Source of the DNA: Azolla caroliniana
Taxonomy: Eukaryota; Plantae; Polypodiophyta
Direction: 5' to 3'
Assembly: GCA_043228905.1 (NCBI GenBank)
Contig: JBHGNT010000005.1
Coordinates: 19,468,001 to 19,532,000, forward strand
Length of the DNA stretch: 64,000 nucleotides
The notes beneath the pieces are model-generated. The model ran no database searches, had not been told where the DNA came from, and saw only the letters and a program-made list of their open reading frames with translations. The first letter of the stretch is position 1. Each line of letters opens with the position of its first letter. Shown piece after piece: positions 62,060 through 64,000 of this stretch. The translations under genes and the position numbers were made by a program.

Positions 62060-63992
62060 TATGACACTTGACCGCATTCCAGTGCTCTCTTCCCGGATTT
62101 CTCGTGAACCGGTTCACTACTCCGACAACACATGCAATATCCAGCCAAGTGAACACCATTGCGTACATTAAGCTTCCAAACGCAAAGGTGTATGGTATCT
62201 TCGGGCTCTGCTTTCCGGATTAAGCTTCCAAACGCAAAGACATATGGTATCCTCGTCATATGGTATCTTCGGGCTCTGCTTTCCGGACAACTTCCAATTT
62301 GCCGAAAGTGTCCATCAGACCGGTTTTGCCTCCGACATGTTGAACCTTTGAAGCACCTTTGTCACGTATTTCTCCTATGACAACCACAACAACTTCTCCG
62401 ACCGATCCCAGATTATGTGCATCCCTAATATTTGTCTTGCCAGACCCAAATCTTTCATTGAGAAAGTCCGGTTCAAGGCCTTCTTCAGCATTCGGATCTT
62501 GATTCGGTCTCATCCGACGATCAGCATGTCGTCCACATATAGCAGGAGTATCAAGAAGTCGTCTCCGTCAAATTTCTTCACGAACGCGCAGTGGTCAGCT
62601 TGCGTCTTGTGGTACCCTTGGTCGGTCATGAAGGAGTCAAAATTCTGGTACCATTGTTGGGGGGCTTGCTTCAATCCGTATAAGCTCTTCTTCAGCCGCC
62701 ACACCAATTGCTCCTTCCCTCTCTTCTCAAATACTTCCAGTTGATGCATGTAGATCTTTTCTTTGAGGTCGCCATGTAGGAATGCCATCTGGATGTCCAG
62801 TTGCTCTACCTCGAGGTCCACGCATGCCGCTATGCTCAATACCATCCGGATGGATGTCATCTTTACTACCGGGGCGAAGATCTTGTCGAAATCCACTCCT
62901 TTCTTCTACTAGAACCCCTTCACCACAATCCGGGCTTTGTACCTTGGTGGATTTCCGGCGTCTCCCGGTTTCAGCTTGTACACCCACTTGTTCCAGAGTG
63001 CCCTCTTTCCTTTCGGCAACTCCGACAGTTCGTATGTGTGGTTCTCATGCAGGAAATCCATCTCTTCCGGCTCCCCCTCATCGGTCAGCAATACGTGCTC
63101 TTCATCCGGAAATCTCTAGGGGGCTCTTCTCTCCTTGAGAGGGTATCTCCCGCCTTTGGTTTTCAACTACCAGTTCCTCCGTTTGTTCTTCATCTGAATC
63201 TGATTCGGGGTCTTCTTTGGTTCCAGTGTCTCCTTCTTCTTCTTGAGTCAGTTTAGTTTCTCGTCTGAATCCGGCTGGTTCATCGAGTGTCAATCTGTTA
63301 CTGGCTAGCTTTCGGTTGGATGATCTAGAGTTCTTCACCTTCTTCTTTGTTGGGATTGCGGTCCCTCCGGATGGGATGGTCGGATGTCCGGGAATCGGGA
63401 TGACGAAGACCCCGGCTACGGAGCCGGATGACGAAGACCCCAGCTACGGAGCCGGATGACGAAGACCCCGGCTACGGAGCCGGATGAAGTATGTACCCGG
63501 AGAAGGGCCCTTGAGGCTATATTTGTAAATAGCCCGAAAGTCATATGTGTATAAATATGACTTAGGGCAAACAGTTTTGTTGTTGTTGCTCATTTTCAGT
63601 TTTCCACTTAGAGGGAGCGAAGTGAGAGCAGGCGAGAGAGAGAGAGAGAGAGAGAAAGGAAGAGGTCGACGCCTCTGTGTAATACCGCCGCCTGTGGCGA
63701 GGACAGCGAGCTCAAGGTCGTCGCCTTGCAGCTCGCCATTGTACATTCCCTGCGTATAGTGATAGTTGGAGTCTTGCACTCCCGTGGTTTTTTTTCTGCT
63801 TAGGGTTTTCCACGCTAAACCCTGTGCATTCGAGTCTCTCTCTGTGTTTTGGATTTACTGCTGCACTGACTCGTGTTTCCTCGGTTGTGGCCGACGGAGA
63901 AGGTTTTGAAACCGTCGATTTTCACAACATTCTTCGACTCCTAGTCAGCAATGGTCATGTCTTCCATGAAGACTATATCCCGACTCCGGAAC
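62060..63992 (-). pseudogene. Degenerate Tork-like copia RT/INT-linker fragment
   Basis: YKARIVVKGF, LLYVDDML; paralogous to 45740-47120. Confidence 0.88.
63348..63929 (+). mobile_element. Tork-like copia solo LTR with three 28-bp U3 repeats
   Basis: TGTTGG...ACAACA; perfect TSD TTCTT; GGATGACGAAGACCCCGGCTACGGAGCC x3 (63398-63481). Confidence 0.93.
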
Positions 63993-64000
63993 TGTTGGGA
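63993..64000 (+). mobile_element. Probable start of another LTR of the same family
   Basis: Host sequence breaks into TGTTGGGA at the window edge; only 8 bp are visible. Confidence 0.5.

Overview
This 64-kb window is a gene-free, deeply nested transposon island from a plant genome. The lineage mix suggests a moss such as Physcomitrium, which is an inference. No host protein-coding gene, rRNA, canonical tRNA or CRISPR array is supported. It contains Ty1/copia elements (Tnt1/Tork-like and a second, Bryco-like family, 5-bp TSDs, tRNA-Met PBS) and Tf1/Tcn1-type Ty3/gypsy elements, one with a self-priming PBS. It also contains tRNA-Trp-primed non-chromovirus gypsy elements (Phygy-like, 4-bp TSDs), at least six solo LTRs, two copies of a hAT-type MITE (8-bp TSD), a 5'-truncated L1 LINE and a 100-N gap. 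Notable signals: (1) tRNA-like A-box/B-box modules with constant 43-44 nt spacing in up to five different gypsy LTR families, mostly antisense in U3; (2) a very young 3.2-kb gag-only LTR element whose intact ~600-aa ORF lacks a zinc knuckle and carries nine basic xxHALRxx repeats; (3) all five 4-bp TSDs of the Phygy-like group are CpG-centred (NCGY); (4) two predicted -1 frameshift pseudoknots, one placed between protease and RT; (5) a copia with a relic upstream PPT, a translated 3' extension and a hairpin enclosing the PPT. All coordinates and mismatch counts were read by eye.
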